Below the pieces are notes generated by a model. The model had not been told where the DNA came from, ran no database searches, and saw nothing but the letters and a program-made list of their open reading frames with translations. 64,000 nt of DNA, taken from assembly GCA_038046685.1 (NCBI GenBank), contig JBBSVT010000074.1, positions 389-64,388 of the forward strand. Reading direction: 5' to 3'. Below are positions 49,570-59,334 of this stretch, in pieces. Both the position numbers and the translations under genes were made by a program. This stretch comes from Nanobdellota archaeon (GTDB lineage Archaea > Nanobdellota > Nanobdellia > Woesearchaeales > GW2011-AR4). The stretch's first letter is position 1. The number at the start of each line of letters is the position of its first letter.

Positions 49570-50492
49570 TCCAATACAGCCCCTTTACCGCCTGTTAGCC
49601 ATCTGTAGCATTCAAGAGCAGCCTTTGCCCCCTCGCCTGCCGCAATTACGGTCTGCTTGAACGGAACAGGAGTTACATCGCCTGCAGCAAATATTCCAGG
49701 GCATGAAGTGTTGCACCTTTCGTCTACAACTATCTCCTTTTTCTCATTGACTTTCACAAGATGCTGGACAAATGATGTATCCACCACATACCCGATCTCA
49801 ATAAAAATACCATCAACATTCATTGTCTTTCTTTCTTTGGAGTTGATGTTCTCAACTTCAATTCCATCAACATTTTTGTCACCAATTACTTTTATTGGTA
49901 TTGAATTCAATACAAGCTCAATAACATTGGCGGTTTTCAGCTTTTGCATTGTAACTTCGTCAGCTCTAAAAGAGTCCCTCCTATGTATCAAATAAACTTT
50001 TTTTGCTATTGTCGCAAGCTCTAAAGCGCCTTCAACAGCTGAATTGCCTCCGCCTATTACCGCTACATTCCTGTTTTTGTATAAAGGCGCATCGCATGTT
50101 ACGCAAGTGCTAACCCCCCTTCCCATAAATTTTTCCTCTCCTTCAATGCCCATGCTCTTCGGGACTTTTCCATAGGCAAGAATCAATGCCTTGCTTTCGT
50201 AAGCCTCGCCGTTTACCAGGCCAATCCTAAAATGATTCTCAATTTTATCAACCTTGTTTGATTTTCCCATCACCAATTCTGCTCCAAAGCCGAGAGCCTC
50301 ATCTTGAAATTTTCGCATTAACTCTATGCCACTCATTGGCCCTGTCCCGGGATAATTCTCAATATGGCTTGTCAAATTTGTTTGCCCTCCTATGTCTATG
50401 CTCAATATCAAAGTCCTAAGTTTCTTTCTGCAGGTGTAAATTGCAGCAGTCAATCCTGCAGCGCCTGCTCCGACAATAATCACATCATACAT
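49557..50492 (-). CDS. trxB: thioredoxin-disulfide reductase
   Basis: YDVIIVGAGAAGLTAAIY, redox CVTCDA, GGGNSAVEGA, FAAGDV. Confidence 0.85.
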   Translation of the reverse strand: MYDVIIVGAGAAGLTAAIYTCRKKLRTLILSIDIGGQTNLTSHIENYPGTGPMSGIELMRKFQDEALGFGAELVMGKSNKVDKIENHFRIGLVNGEAYESKALILAYGKVPKSMGIEGEEKFMGRGVSTCVTCDAPLYKNRNVAVIGGGNSAVEGALELATIAKKVYLIHRRDSFRADEVTMQKLKTANVIELVLNSIPIKVIGDKNVDGIEVENINSKERKTMNVDGIFIEIGYVVDTSFVQHLVKVNEKKEIVVDERCNTSCPGIFAAGDVTPVPFKQTVIAAGEGAKAALECYRWLTGGKGAVLDWTH

Positions 50493-50567
50493 GGATTTTA
50501 GGAATTTTGCTGGTTTTAAAAATGTTTTTGAATAAGTTTATAAATTAAAAGATTAAAGATAATAAAA

Positions 50568-51569
50568 ATGCAAAAAAAAGGGCAAGTGACTTTGTTTTTA
50601 ATCTTAGGATTATCTTTAATTGCAGTATTTGGTGCAGTCTATTATTTTGGAGGCTATAAAACTGCCACAACTGCAAAAACTCAAGCTCAAGCTGCAGGAA
50701 GCTCAGACGCCAAAGACATTGTTAAGTCATACGCAGAAAATTGCTTGAAAAAGGTAACAGAAGAGGTATTGTTTAATAAGATTGGAGTGCAGGGTGGGTA
50801 TATAAATCCAAGTGAGATTAGTCCTGCTCCAACATTTTTTGATGGGTATAATGTGCCTGTTTATTTGGAAGTCAGATGCAATATGCAATGTAGGGACAAA
50901 ACTATACCACAATGTGGTCCTTGTCCTCCGCCTTCTACTGAACAATGTTGTGAAGATGTTCGAGTATGTGATTATTGCTGGTGTGATTGCCCTTACACCA
51001 GAATTATTGATAGAAGTTTAACCCTAGGTTCAATTAACAACAAATTAAAGAGGTACGTTGAAGACGAGTTTGAGAACTGTTTTGATAGAAATGTCTTTAA
51101 AAATGTCGGTATAGAGGTTATACAGTCTGGAACAAGCATAACCGCTGATGTAAGTTTAGATGCAGAAGATGTTTCTGTAAATTTATATTATCCTTTAACA
51201 ATTAGAAAAGATGGAACTGAGTCAAAGTTGGATTCATTTGTAGTTACTCTGCCAATTAGGCTAGAAAAATTATATAAAGGTGCAAAAGATTTTGTAGATC
51301 AAGTAATACGTAAACTTCCAGATTCCTCGCCCAAACCTTGTTATCCCATATGCACAGTCCAATACGACATAAGACAAGATTGTCAGAGTGGTGTGATATA
51401 CAACAAAAACCGCCTAACAAACGTTTATGCAAAAACTGCTGACTCAAACACAAAAGTTATCCAATTCTTTGATTTCAGCACTTATTTAGAAAAATACTTC
51501 AAATCTTTCATTTTCCAATTTGCTGTTAGGCTTAATGGTGTGAATATCGAAGGTGCTTGTACTGGATGA
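50568..51569 (+). CDS. membrane-anchored/secreted Cys-rich protein
   Basis: N-terminal TM; CRDKTIPQCGPCPPPSTEQCCEDVRVCDYCWCDCPY. Confidence 0.5.
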   Translation: MQKKGQVTLFLILGLSLIAVFGAVYYFGGYKTATTAKTQAQAAGSSDAKDIVKSYAENCLKKVTEEVLFNKIGVQGGYINPSEISPAPTFFDGYNVPVYLEVRCNMQCRDKTIPQCGPCPPPSTEQCCEDVRVCDYCWCDCPYTRIIDRSLTLGSINNKLKRYVEDEFENCFDRNVFKNVGIEVIQSGTSITADVSLDAEDVSVNLYYPLTIRKDGTESKLDSFVVTLPIRLEKLYKGAKDFVDQVIRKLPDSSPKPCYPICTVQYDIRQDCQSGVIYNKNRLTNVYAKTADSNTKVIQFFDFSTYLEKYFKSFIFQFAVRLNGVNIEGACTG

Positions 51570-51635
51570 AGAAATAGATTGAATTAACTCAATTTTTTTC
51601 AAATTCCTAATCATCTCTTCTTTTTTTAGTTTGAA

Positions 51636-51683
51636 TTTTCTTGGGTTTTTGTTAGTGGTGGGAATGGGTTTGGTTGTTTAATC
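51636..51683 (+). other. orphan 5' gene fragment encoding only the signal-peptide core (FLGFLLVVGMGLVV*) shared with the two giant secreted-protein genes
   Basis: ttcttgggtttttgttagtggtgggaatgggtttggttgtt matches 52474-52520 and 55160-55195 at 21-33 nt stretches; followed immediately by a stop. Confidence 0.4.
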
Positions 51684-51762
51684 AAATCGAAAACGATAAT
51701 TATTTATATTTTGTAAGTTAAGGATTTCTGCGACATATAAAAACCATAAATTAATATAAAGA

Positions 51763-52120
51763 TGAAAGAAGAAGTAAAGAGATGGTGAGCAAAAGCAAAA
51801 GACGACTTAGATAAAGCTGTAATCTTATTCAATAATGGGAAAATGATGGTACTGCATTTTTTTGTCAACAATCTGTTGAGAAGGGGTTAAAAGCATTAGC
51901 TCTTAAAGAAAAGAGTTTTATAAACAAAATTCATGACCTTGTTGAATTAGGAAAAGATGTCAACTTGCCACAACATTTGATTGTTTACTGCAGTGAATTA
52001 ACTTTATCCTATATCTATTCAAGGTACCCTGACGTTGAGGATAAAGACATAAAATCTGTGTCAGATAATTTCTTAAAATATACCAAAGAAATACTAAAAT
52101 GGATAGAAAAGAAGCTATAG
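51763..52120 (+). pseudogene. HEPN-domain toxin paralog with in-frame TGA at codon 9 and a homopolymer frameshift
   Basis: MKEEVKRW-TGA-AKAKDDL...; after a T8 run the reading continues in another frame (FCQQSVEKGLKALALKEKSF...KEILKWIEKKL*) matching the intact paralog at 57769..58161. Confidence 0.6.
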
Positions 52121-52416
52121 CTAAGCTGAAAAGTTTTAAAAAATTGGTAAGTAAGGATTTAACAATTAGTGATATGTATTTTTTTGGTTCCATAGCAACT
52201 GGTAAACCGCATAAATACAGTGATATAGATTTAGTCATAGTGAGTCCTAAATTTAGAGAGTTAAATTTTTTTAAAAGAGGCGCACTTATGTATAATTATT
52301 GGAATTTAAGATACCCAGTTGACTTCCTTTGCTACACTCCAGAAGAATTTAACAAATTGAAGAAACAAATAACAATTGTAAAGGAAGCTGTTGAGAATGG
52401 AATAGAAATTCGATAG
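52099..52416 (+). CDS. minimal nucleotidyltransferase (MNT antitoxin), paralog of 58137..58454
   Basis: MYFFGSIATGKPHKYSDIDLVIV; C-terminus identical to its paralog (YPVDFLCYTPEEF...IVKEAVENGIEI). Confidence 0.7.
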   Translation: MDRKEAIAKLKSFKKLVSKDLTISDMYFFGSIATGKPHKYSDIDLVIVSPKFRELNFFKRGALMYNYWNLRYPVDFLCYTPEEFNKLKKQITIVKEAVENGIEIR

Positions 52417-52452
52417 CTTTATATACAACTTCTTTCAGTTACAAAAGCGAGA

Positions 52453-55074
52453 ATGAAAAGAGGTAAATTAGCTTATTTTCTTGGGTTTTTGTTAGTAATG
52501 GGTATGTCTTTGGTGGTGAGTGGGGTTGGGTATGCTCAACCAGCCTGTGAGCAAGTGGCTGGACAAATCCGAGATTCTGACTCCGATGGTGCGTGTGATC
52601 GCACTACTGATGGGGGCACACCTGATAAATGTATTGCGGCTGCTGGTTCTCCTGATTTTGGAAGCCATAATGTTGATTCAAACGGATGCACGTGCAGACA
52701 AAAAGTTTCATCAGCTTGCTCGTCAACATATTCAGGGGCTGCATGTTGCTCTGCCAATCAATGCTGTGGTAGATTCGGTGCAGCTAGTTATTCATGTTTG
52801 GATGATTGTGTGGGTAATGTTGCTTCAACAGGCGCCGGTGCTCCAAGTGGCACTGGTTCTTCTACTGGCACAACTGCAACTGGCTGCAGCCCAGGCTCTG
52901 GTCCAACATCACAAGATCCAGTTTTAAGAATAAATGCAAATAGATACACACCGGTCGACAGAGGGCGTTTAATAGCCGAACAGGACATAGCAATAGGTGG
53001 TGGTCCGTCTGGAACTCCAATATACAGCAATAATGCTAATAGCCCTGTTGAGTTGCCAGCTGGAACAAATCCTGTTTTGATTGTTAGAAGATTAAGGATT
53101 GCGCCTGAAAATGGAGCTGCACAGCCAATAAGGATTTATCTCAGCAAGAAACCGTGTCAGGCAGGTGGATATTGGTATGATGTTATATGGGGAACTGTTA
53201 TAGGTAATATAAGGTTTGGTGAAGAAGATTTTAGATTTAATCTTGGCTCATCATTAGAACAAGGAGTTATACATTCTGTTTATGTTGTGATTGGCAACGA
53301 AGGCAGCAATGACTTGTCATCATCAACAGAGCTTTTCTTTAGAGTTGGACCTGCGAATACCGTAATTGTAAGTCCGCCCTCAGGCTCTTCTCCAACCCCG
53401 ACAACTTGCACTCCAAGAATAGAAGCTTTTGATTATAATTTTGTAGTTGGCAAAGTAGGAAGACTTAAGGTAATATCCAATAAACGAGGAAAGATAATAA
53501 TCTTAGCAAAAGGAGTGTCATCCCCTTCTAATGATTATAGAATAATGAAAGAATGCGGTTCAATTAACGATCCAAAGACTGAATGTGAATATAAATTTTT
53601 AGAGGATTCTAGTCATCAAGATGGACAAGTAATAACATCTATGTGGAGTGGATCTTTAATTAATTATTACGCTGAGTTGCAAACACCTTCTGGTGAATGT
53701 GTTCAATCCACACCAGAACGAGCATGCAGATGGCCAGATGTCAATGCTAAGATTATGCAGATAAAACAAGCAGGTGCGTTAGGTTACTGCACTGATGAAA
53801 CTCATATTTATAATGGAGGAGCTGATCCTTTAGGAAGTCTTTGTACCTCAAGTCCACCTAACACATGTAATCCTGGTTATTGTGGCAGAGATAGTGGTAA
53901 TCCAGTATGTATTTACCCAACAAATTGTGTAAGCAATCCTGATAATTCAATGAAAGCATTAAGGACATTTTTGCCATTGTGTGATAGTGTGACGGGAACG
54001 GCTGGACCTAGTGCTCCTGGTGGAACTGGTGCATGGGATTTGTGCGCAACTCTCACAGGAGGTATTCCAACAGCCATGCAGCCATTGCAAGGACCGTATA
54101 CACCAGCCTCAAGTTTGAATATGCCATTGCGTCCATATCTGAGAATTAATGGGCTTCCTGGCAGTGGTGATGCTAATAGCGAAAGCAGTCCTATAGTTAT
54201 CACAAAAGGCGAGCAAGTTACTGTAACTGTTGCAAGCTATAATGGCAATTTACCTGTTAATCTACCAATTAGAATATATATAGAGCAGAAGTCACAGGAT
54301 GGGAGTTGGAGTGTAATAAGTCCAGGTAGTTTAGGATACACTCAACCAGGATGCTGGTATTCCAATACTATTCCAGGTTCTGCTACGGCTGGTTGGCCCG
54401 CTGGCACATATAGAACATATTTGGTTGTTGGCGAAGATGTAAATCAACGCTCTTCTTCATCTTATGTGTATTTTAAGATTCAAACTCCTCCAGGAACTTC
54501 GGCATGTACACCTGTTCTTGGAGGCAACCAATATGCTGTGGATTTAAGCAGGTCAAAATATACAGGATGCAATGTCCAAGCAATTCAAGATTTATCTAAC
54601 ACTATTACATGCGATCAATTAGCACCGACATGGTCTCATAATAATCCAACTGGTACCATGACGTTTTGGTGGCCAATAATTCCAGGCGCTACCTCATATA
54701 ACATAAGGCTTGAGGAATTTGACGCCACAACAAATACAGCTACAGGAGCAAGAATAAGGGATTCTGGAACTGCTCCTCCAATTGCAAGTAACTGTGGTGG
54801 TGATCCTCATTATTATTGTGTTAATGGTATTACTGCTGCTACACCAGGAATAATAGTAATTGGTGGACAGCTAAGCATTGATAATATTAGACTTGACAGA
54901 AATAAAAAATATGCTTTTTGGGTTGACCCTGTAAGTGTCCCAGGATGCGGCACTAATTATGTTCAGGGAAGTGTGACTTTTAGAACTACAAACCTTGTCG
55001 TTCCTCGACCTATTAATCCAAGCACTGCCACATCAACATGCCCAGCTGCAAGCATTTCAGCTGAATTAACATAA
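52453..55074 (+). CDS. giant secreted Cys/Gly/Thr-rich surface protein carrying a novel ~100-aa repeat module
   Basis: Signal peptide MKRGKLAYFLGFLLVMGMSLVVSGVGYA; Cys-rich N-terminal region; C-terminal module TSYNIRLEEFD...DPHYYCVNG...NKKYAFWVDPVSVPGC. Confidence 0.6.
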   Translation: MKRGKLAYFLGFLLVMGMSLVVSGVGYAQPACEQVAGQIRDSDSDGACDRTTDGGTPDKCIAAAGSPDFGSHNVDSNGCTCRQKVSSACSSTYSGAACCSANQCCGRFGAASYSCLDDCVGNVASTGAGAPSGTGSSTGTTATGCSPGSGPTSQDPVLRINANRYTPVDRGRLIAEQDIAIGGGPSGTPIYSNNANSPVELPAGTNPVLIVRRLRIAPENGAAQPIRIYLSKKPCQAGGYWYDVIWGTVIGNIRFGEEDFRFNLGSSLEQGVIHSVYVVIGNEGSNDLSSSTELFFRVGPANTVIVSPPSGSSPTPTTCTPRIEAFDYNFVVGKVGRLKVISNKRGKIIILAKGVSSPSNDYRIMKECGSINDPKTECEYKFLEDSSHQDGQVITSMWSGSLINYYAELQTPSGECVQSTPERACRWPDVNAKIMQIKQAGALGYCTDETHIYNGGADPLGSLCTSSPPNTCNPGYCGRDSGNPVCIYPTNCVSNPDNSMKALRTFLPLCDSVTGTAGPSAPGGTGAWDLCATLTGGIPTAMQPLQGPYTPASSLNMPLRPYLRINGLPGSGDANSESSPIVITKGEQVTVTVASYNGNLPVNLPIRIYIEQKSQDGSWSVISPGSLGYTQPGCWYSNTIPGSATAGWPAGTYRTYLVVGEDVNQRSSSSYVYFKIQTPPGTSACTPVLGGNQYAVDLSRSKYTGCNVQAIQDLSNTITCDQLAPTWSHNNPTGTMTFWWPIIPGATSYNIRLEEFDATTNTATGARIRDSGTAPPIASNCGGDPHYYCVNGITAATPGIIVIGGQLSIDNIRLDRNKKYAFWVDPVSVPGCGTNYVQGSVTFRTTNLVVPRPINPSTATSTCPAASISAELT

Positions 55075-55116
55075 ATCATAAAACACATTATTAAATTACA
55101 ACTAAAAAACATTAAA

Positions 55117-56547
55117 ATGTTACAAGAACAAATGAAAAAAGGTGTTAAGTTTTTTCCTGTATTTTTGTTAGTGATGGGAATGGGTTTGGTTGTCTTGGAT
55201 GTTTATGCAACAGATCCGGAACCTACACCAATTCCACAAGTTGTTAGTTGCAGTCAATTTCAGTCAGCTAATTCTTTTTATGCTAGTTGGACGTGCACTC
55301 TATCCTTTTCTACCAATTGTGATGGTGGTGTGATTAATAATGATATTCATTACTGGCGGCGGGATAATGGTGAGGGTGGTTGCTTGATTCTTACAAGACC
55401 AGGCGGTCCAGCACCCCCTCCTGTTTCTTCACAGCGACTAATGCGAATTAGCTGGACAGCAATACAAAATGCGATCTCTTATAATCTGCGAGTGGAAGAT
55501 ATGACCGATAATACATATAATACAGTACGTACAAATCGTCAGGAAGATTTCCCCGCTTCTGATACTTGCGATCCAAGTCCCCATTATGTTTGTGAAAACA
55601 ATGTAAATACATTGTTCTTGGCTGGTATTCGGGTTGTCCCAGGACATACTTATAGGTATTGGTTTGATACAAATCCTGCAATTGCTGGATGTGCTCCGAC
55701 TGGAATAATTAGTGTGCCATCAAGTCCTGCTTCAGGTGCTCCAAGTGGTGGCGCTCCAACCCAACCGACAGGCGCTGCGCCTTGCCCAATAACTATATCT
55801 CCACCACAGGTTTCTGGCGGTGCTTTTGATGGAGGCCGTACCTTTGTTACTATATCTTGGAACAATGTTAATAACGCCAACAGCTACAAGTTATACGCAA
55901 CACCATCTGGTTCTGAGGATCAACCAGCAGACCAACCACAAGGTTTCTCTGCATGCACCGACATACCGGGATTTGTTATTTGCAAGTCCGTAAATACCAA
56001 TTCAATACCTTATTTCCCAATTTTCCCTGGAAGACCTTACAAATTCATGGTACAAGCTTCAGTTCCCAATTGCGGTGCAGTAAATTCCCCAGAAACAGAC
56101 TATCGTTATGGTCAAGGAGTTACTTTTACTGCCAACCCTACTAGTCCGGAACAACGTTGTGGTAGAGTTGGCGTTTTTGACCCTCAACTAATAGGTACAA
56201 TTAGTGGAAGTGGCGATTCCTCCGCAGAATTGAGATGGCAATATTTTCCTCCTGCTGGCGTAAGCCCTGTTCCTACTCCAACATCATATAATGTAAGATT
56301 AGATGATAGATCAGGCGAAAGGTCTGGTCTTAATAATTGCCCAGATAATCCTCCTTACTACTTATGCGTAAATGGTGTGAGAGTCAATGCATTGCGAGAT
56401 GTGCTCATTAGAGCTGGAAGAAATTATCTTCTCTGGGTTGAGCCTGTTATTCCTGGATGCACAGACCAACCTGGTGGCTACATAAAAGGAGAAAGAACAA
56501 TATATCTGCCTGTACCTCCACCGTCGGAAGGGGGGGGTAATCGATAA
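55117..56547 (+). CDS. secreted protein made of three copies of the same ~100-aa module
   Basis: Signal peptide shares FLLVMGMGLVV; repeats ISYNLRVED...PHYVCENN...YRYWFDTNPAIAGC, NSYKLYATP...FVICKSV...YKFMVQASVPNC, TSYNVRLDD...PYYLCVNG...YLLWVEPVIPGC. Confidence 0.6.
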   Translation: MLQEQMKKGVKFFPVFLLVMGMGLVVLDVYATDPEPTPIPQVVSCSQFQSANSFYASWTCTLSFSTNCDGGVINNDIHYWRRDNGEGGCLILTRPGGPAPPPVSSQRLMRISWTAIQNAISYNLRVEDMTDNTYNTVRTNRQEDFPASDTCDPSPHYVCENNVNTLFLAGIRVVPGHTYRYWFDTNPAIAGCAPTGIISVPSSPASGAPSGGAPTQPTGAAPCPITISPPQVSGGAFDGGRTFVTISWNNVNNANSYKLYATPSGSEDQPADQPQGFSACTDIPGFVICKSVNTNSIPYFPIFPGRPYKFMVQASVPNCGAVNSPETDYRYGQGVTFTANPTSPEQRCGRVGVFDPQLIGTISGSGDSSAELRWQYFPPAGVSPVPTPTSYNVRLDDRSGERSGLNNCPDNPPYYLCVNGVRVNALRDVLIRAGRNYLLWVEPVIPGCTDQPGGYIKGERTIYLPVPPPSEGGGNR

Positions 56548-56606
56548 AATAACAAACCAAATCCCCATCAAAAAAACTTTAAAATCAAAAACTTTAACAA
56601 TTTATT

Positions 56607-56680
56607 AAAAAAATCAATGTCAAAATAAAATATTCAAATAACAGAAAAATAAACACAAAAAATCAATGTCAAAATAAATT
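56607..56680. repeat. tandem copies of the AT-rich motif AAAAAATCAATGTCAAAATAAA in an intergenic region
   Basis: Copies at about 56607-56630 and 56656-56678; related copies at 57651-57674 and 57701-57720 in a paralogous spacer. Confidence 0.6.
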
Positions 56681-56750
56681 AATGTGGCAAAAATATTTAC
56701 AGGAAAATCAAAACATTTAAATATTTAACATTGTTTAACTATGTTTAACA

Positions 56751-57254
56751 ATGAAGATTGCCATAGACTCGTGCAGCGTTATATTGCTGGCTAAAGCGAC
56801 TGTTTTAGAGGCAGTGGCTAGCAACTATGACTTGTTAATATCAGATAATGTTTATAAAGAAATTTTGCAGGGTAAAGATAAGAAATTCATTGATGCTTTA
56901 GTGACAGAAAAACTTGTAAAAGACGGCAAGTTAAAAATAAGTAAAGTTAAGGAAGCTAAAATAATCAAAAAATTAATTAGAGATTTTAGCTTAGGAATTG
57001 GAGAAGCAGAGACCTTAGCATTTGTGTTAGGTAGCCAGTGTGAAGCCATAAGTACTGATAACAAACAAGGCAGAAAAGTGGCAAAGATATATAACTTAAA
57101 TTTGATAGGAAGTATCGATTTAATAATCAGCCTATTTAAGTTGAAGATTATAGATAATTACAAAGCGATTAGCGCTTTGAAGATGTTAAAAGAATTTGGA
57201 TGGTTTCAGGATTATTTAATTGACAGTGCTTTAGAGGAAGTTAAAAATGTATAA
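56751..57254 (+). CDS. DUF3368-like (PIN-like) putative toxin
   Basis: IAIDSCSVILLAK...; paired with a UPF0175-like gene at a 8-nt overlap. Confidence 0.45.
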   Translation: MKIAIDSCSVILLAKATVLEAVASNYDLLISDNVYKEILQGKDKKFIDALVTEKLVKDGKLKISKVKEAKIIKKLIRDFSLGIGEAETLAFVLGSQCEAISTDNKQGRKVAKIYNLNLIGSIDLIISLFKLKIIDNYKAISALKMLKEFGWFQDYLIDSALEEVKNV

Positions 57255-57567
57255 GACAAAATTTTTGGGTTTGAGGATGGAAAAGGAAATTTATGATATT
57301 ATAGATAAAGTTACTCACGAAGAAAAGTTAGATAAAACATCAGCCATAAAAATATTAATTCAGGAAGGATGGAAAGAATTGAGATTAAAAAAAGCTTTGA
57401 ACGAGTATCAAAATGGATTGGTGTCTGTAGATAGAGCATCAAAAATAGCAGGGCTAACAATAAGCGAGATGATGAAAGAAATTGCTTCGCATGGCATAAA
57501 ATCAGATGAGACTTTAGAGGAATATAGAAAAGGCATAAAAATATTACAAAAATTGGAGGCAAGATAA
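57247..57567 (+). CDS. UPF0175-like putative antitoxin
   Basis: ALNEYQNGLVSVDRASKIAGLTISEMMKEIASHGI. Confidence 0.45.
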   Translation: MYKTKFLGLRMEKEIYDIIDKVTHEEKLDKTSAIKILIQEGWKELRLKKALNEYQNGLVSVDRASKIAGLTISEMMKEIASHGIKSDETLEEYRKGIKILQKLEAR

Positions 57568-57650
57568 GTGTAAGGTGCTATGAAGAATCAGTTGTGATTT
57601 TGTGATGGGAACTAACAAAAGCACAAATTAAAAAAATTCAACAATTTTTT

Positions 57651-57720
57651 AAAAAATCAATATCAAAATAAAATTATGTGTTAAAACAGAAAAATAAATC
57701 AAAAAATCAATGGAAAAATT
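57651..57720. repeat. second locus of AAAAAATCAAT(A/G)TCAAAATAAA-type intergenic repeats
   Basis: See the 56607-56680 repeat; also shares ACAGAAAAATAAA with that spacer. Confidence 0.55.
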
Positions 57721-57768
57721 TTTAATCGCAAAGATTGAAAATTTTTATAGTTAATTATTTAAATCAAA

Positions 57769-58161
57769 ATGTATCAAGAATTATTGGTAATAACAATGAA
57801 AGAGGAAATTAAGAGATGGATGGAATTTGCAAAAGATGATTTGAAGAAGGCGCATGATAATTTTAATATTGAAAATTATAATCTAAGTTCTTTTTTATGC
57901 CAGCAAGCAGTTGAAAAGGCTTTAAAAGCCATGTTAATTAAAAAAATGAATAAGTATCCAAAAATACATGATTTAGTAATGTTGGGAAATTTGGCTGGTT
58001 TGGATAAAAACTTATTAAAATATTGCGAAAAATTGACTTTTGTGTACACTGAAACAAGGTACCCAGATACAAGTTATCGAAAATACTCAAAAGAAGAGTC
58101 AGAAGAGGATATTAAAAATACTGAAGAAATCTTGAAATGGATAGGAAAAAAACTATTATAA
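57769..58161 (+). CDS. HEPN-domain protein (toxin of a HEPN-MNT pair), intact
   Basis: 130 aa; C-terminal ...ETRYPD...; pairs with the downstream MNT at a 25-nt overlap. Confidence 0.65.
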   Translation: MYQELLVITMKEEIKRWMEFAKDDLKKAHDNFNIENYNLSSFLCQQAVEKALKAMLIKKMNKYPKIHDLVMLGNLAGLDKNLLKYCEKLTFVYTETRYPDTSYRKYSKEESEEDIKNTEEILKWIGKKLL

Positions 58162-58454
58162 AAAAACTTGAAAGGTTTAAAGGTCAAATACAAAACAATA
58201 TTGATGTAGATAAAATTATATTCTTCGGTTCTAGAGTTCATGGAAAACCGTATAAGGATAGCGATATAGATTTAATAATAGTCTCAAAAGATTTTAGAGA
58301 AAAAAAATTCAGATATAGGCCAATAGGATTTTATGATTATTGGGACTTAGATTACCCAGTTGACTTCCTTTGCTACACTCCAGAGGAATTCAACAAATTC
58401 AAAAAACAAGTAACAATAGTCAAGGAAGCAGTAGAGAATGGAATTGAGATTTAG
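58137..58454 (+). CDS. minimal nucleotidyltransferase (MNT antitoxin)
   Basis: IIFFGSRVHGKPYKDSDIDLIIV. Confidence 0.7.
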   Translation: MDRKKTIIKKLERFKGQIQNNIDVDKIIFFGSRVHGKPYKDSDIDLIIVSKDFREKKFRYRPIGFYDYWDLDYPVDFLCYTPEEFNKFKKQVTIVKEAVENGIEI

Positions 58455-58505
58455 TGTCTAAAAATTCACATAAAACAAAAAACTTTAATTTTCAACAATT
58501 TTTGA

Positions 58506-59252
58506 ATGAATAATCCAAAGACAATAAAAAAACAAAAAATGAAACACCATAAGCCGTATTTGACAAGAATCCTGATTTTGCCTGCACTAATTTTATTGCT
58601 CTCAGCGCTTTTGGTAAATGCCCAAGTATCAGCCAAAATCTACGCTATTACGCTTAATTACAAAAGTTCAGTGCTATTGGAAAGACTATCTTTGGTAGAC
58701 ATTCGCGAAGCTCAGGGAACTCCGCAGGATTTTAGCGCGATAACAAAAGGCTACAGATTGGACATCCTTTCAGCCGATAACAAATTATTAAAGAGCATAA
58801 GGTTTAATATACCTATTCCGGAATTACAGGAAGGTGACCTAAATTTGGACTTTACAATGGGTTTGCCTTATCACAACAATGCTAAACAAATAAACATTTA
58901 TGATGCGGGCAATAACAAAGTACTGGAAATTCCATTGCAGTCTTCAAGTCCAACAAGCGCAAAGCCGCTGCAGGAATTATCCCAAATTGATAAGAAACAA
59001 AACATAGTATGGCTTGTTGTTGCTTTGCCGCTGTTTGCTGTGATTTTATTTTTGGCCTACATCGAGCTGAATCGCAAAAAAAGCCATGCAGAGCTAATGC
59101 AGCATCTGAGCAAGCAAAATGCGCTTGCACTGAGAAATTATATTATGGCAAATTCAAGAAAAGGTTATGGCAAGGATCAATTAAGAAATGTTCTGCTTAA
59201 AAACAATTATACTAAAGACGAAATTAACGAGGCTTTTAAGGGGCTGAAGTGA
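58506..59252 (+). CDS. type I membrane/secreted protein (signal peptide, extracellular domain, single TM, cytoplasmic tail)
   Basis: LTRILILPALILLLSALLVNAQVSA; later IVWLVVALPLFAVILFLAYI. Confidence 0.45.
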   Translation: MNNPKTIKKQKMKHHKPYLTRILILPALILLLSALLVNAQVSAKIYAITLNYKSSVLLERLSLVDIREAQGTPQDFSAITKGYRLDILSADNKLLKSIRFNIPIPELQEGDLNLDFTMGLPYHNNAKQINIYDAGNNKVLEIPLQSSSPTSAKPLQELSQIDKKQNIVWLVVALPLFAVILFLAYIELNRKKSHAELMQHLSKQNALALRNYIMANSRKGYGKDQLRNVLLKNNYTKDEINEAFKGLK

Positions 59253-59334
59253 AGCTTAAAAATTTGCAATTTAGCAACGAAATACTCCATTAGGGATTAA
59301 ACAGCGGAGCATAATTGATTTTTCCTCCTATTCC

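Noticed and set aside
5836-52120. Possibility that in-frame TAA/TGA codons in VapC and the HEPN genes reflect an alternative genetic code (stop reassignment), as in some CPR lineages
   Set aside because: Conserved housekeeping genes in the same window terminate cleanly at TAA (xpd-like, nfi), TGA (pcm) and TAG (pepA), and protein lengths match their families. The interrupted genes are all TA toxins, so pseudogenisation or assembly error is the simpler explanation.
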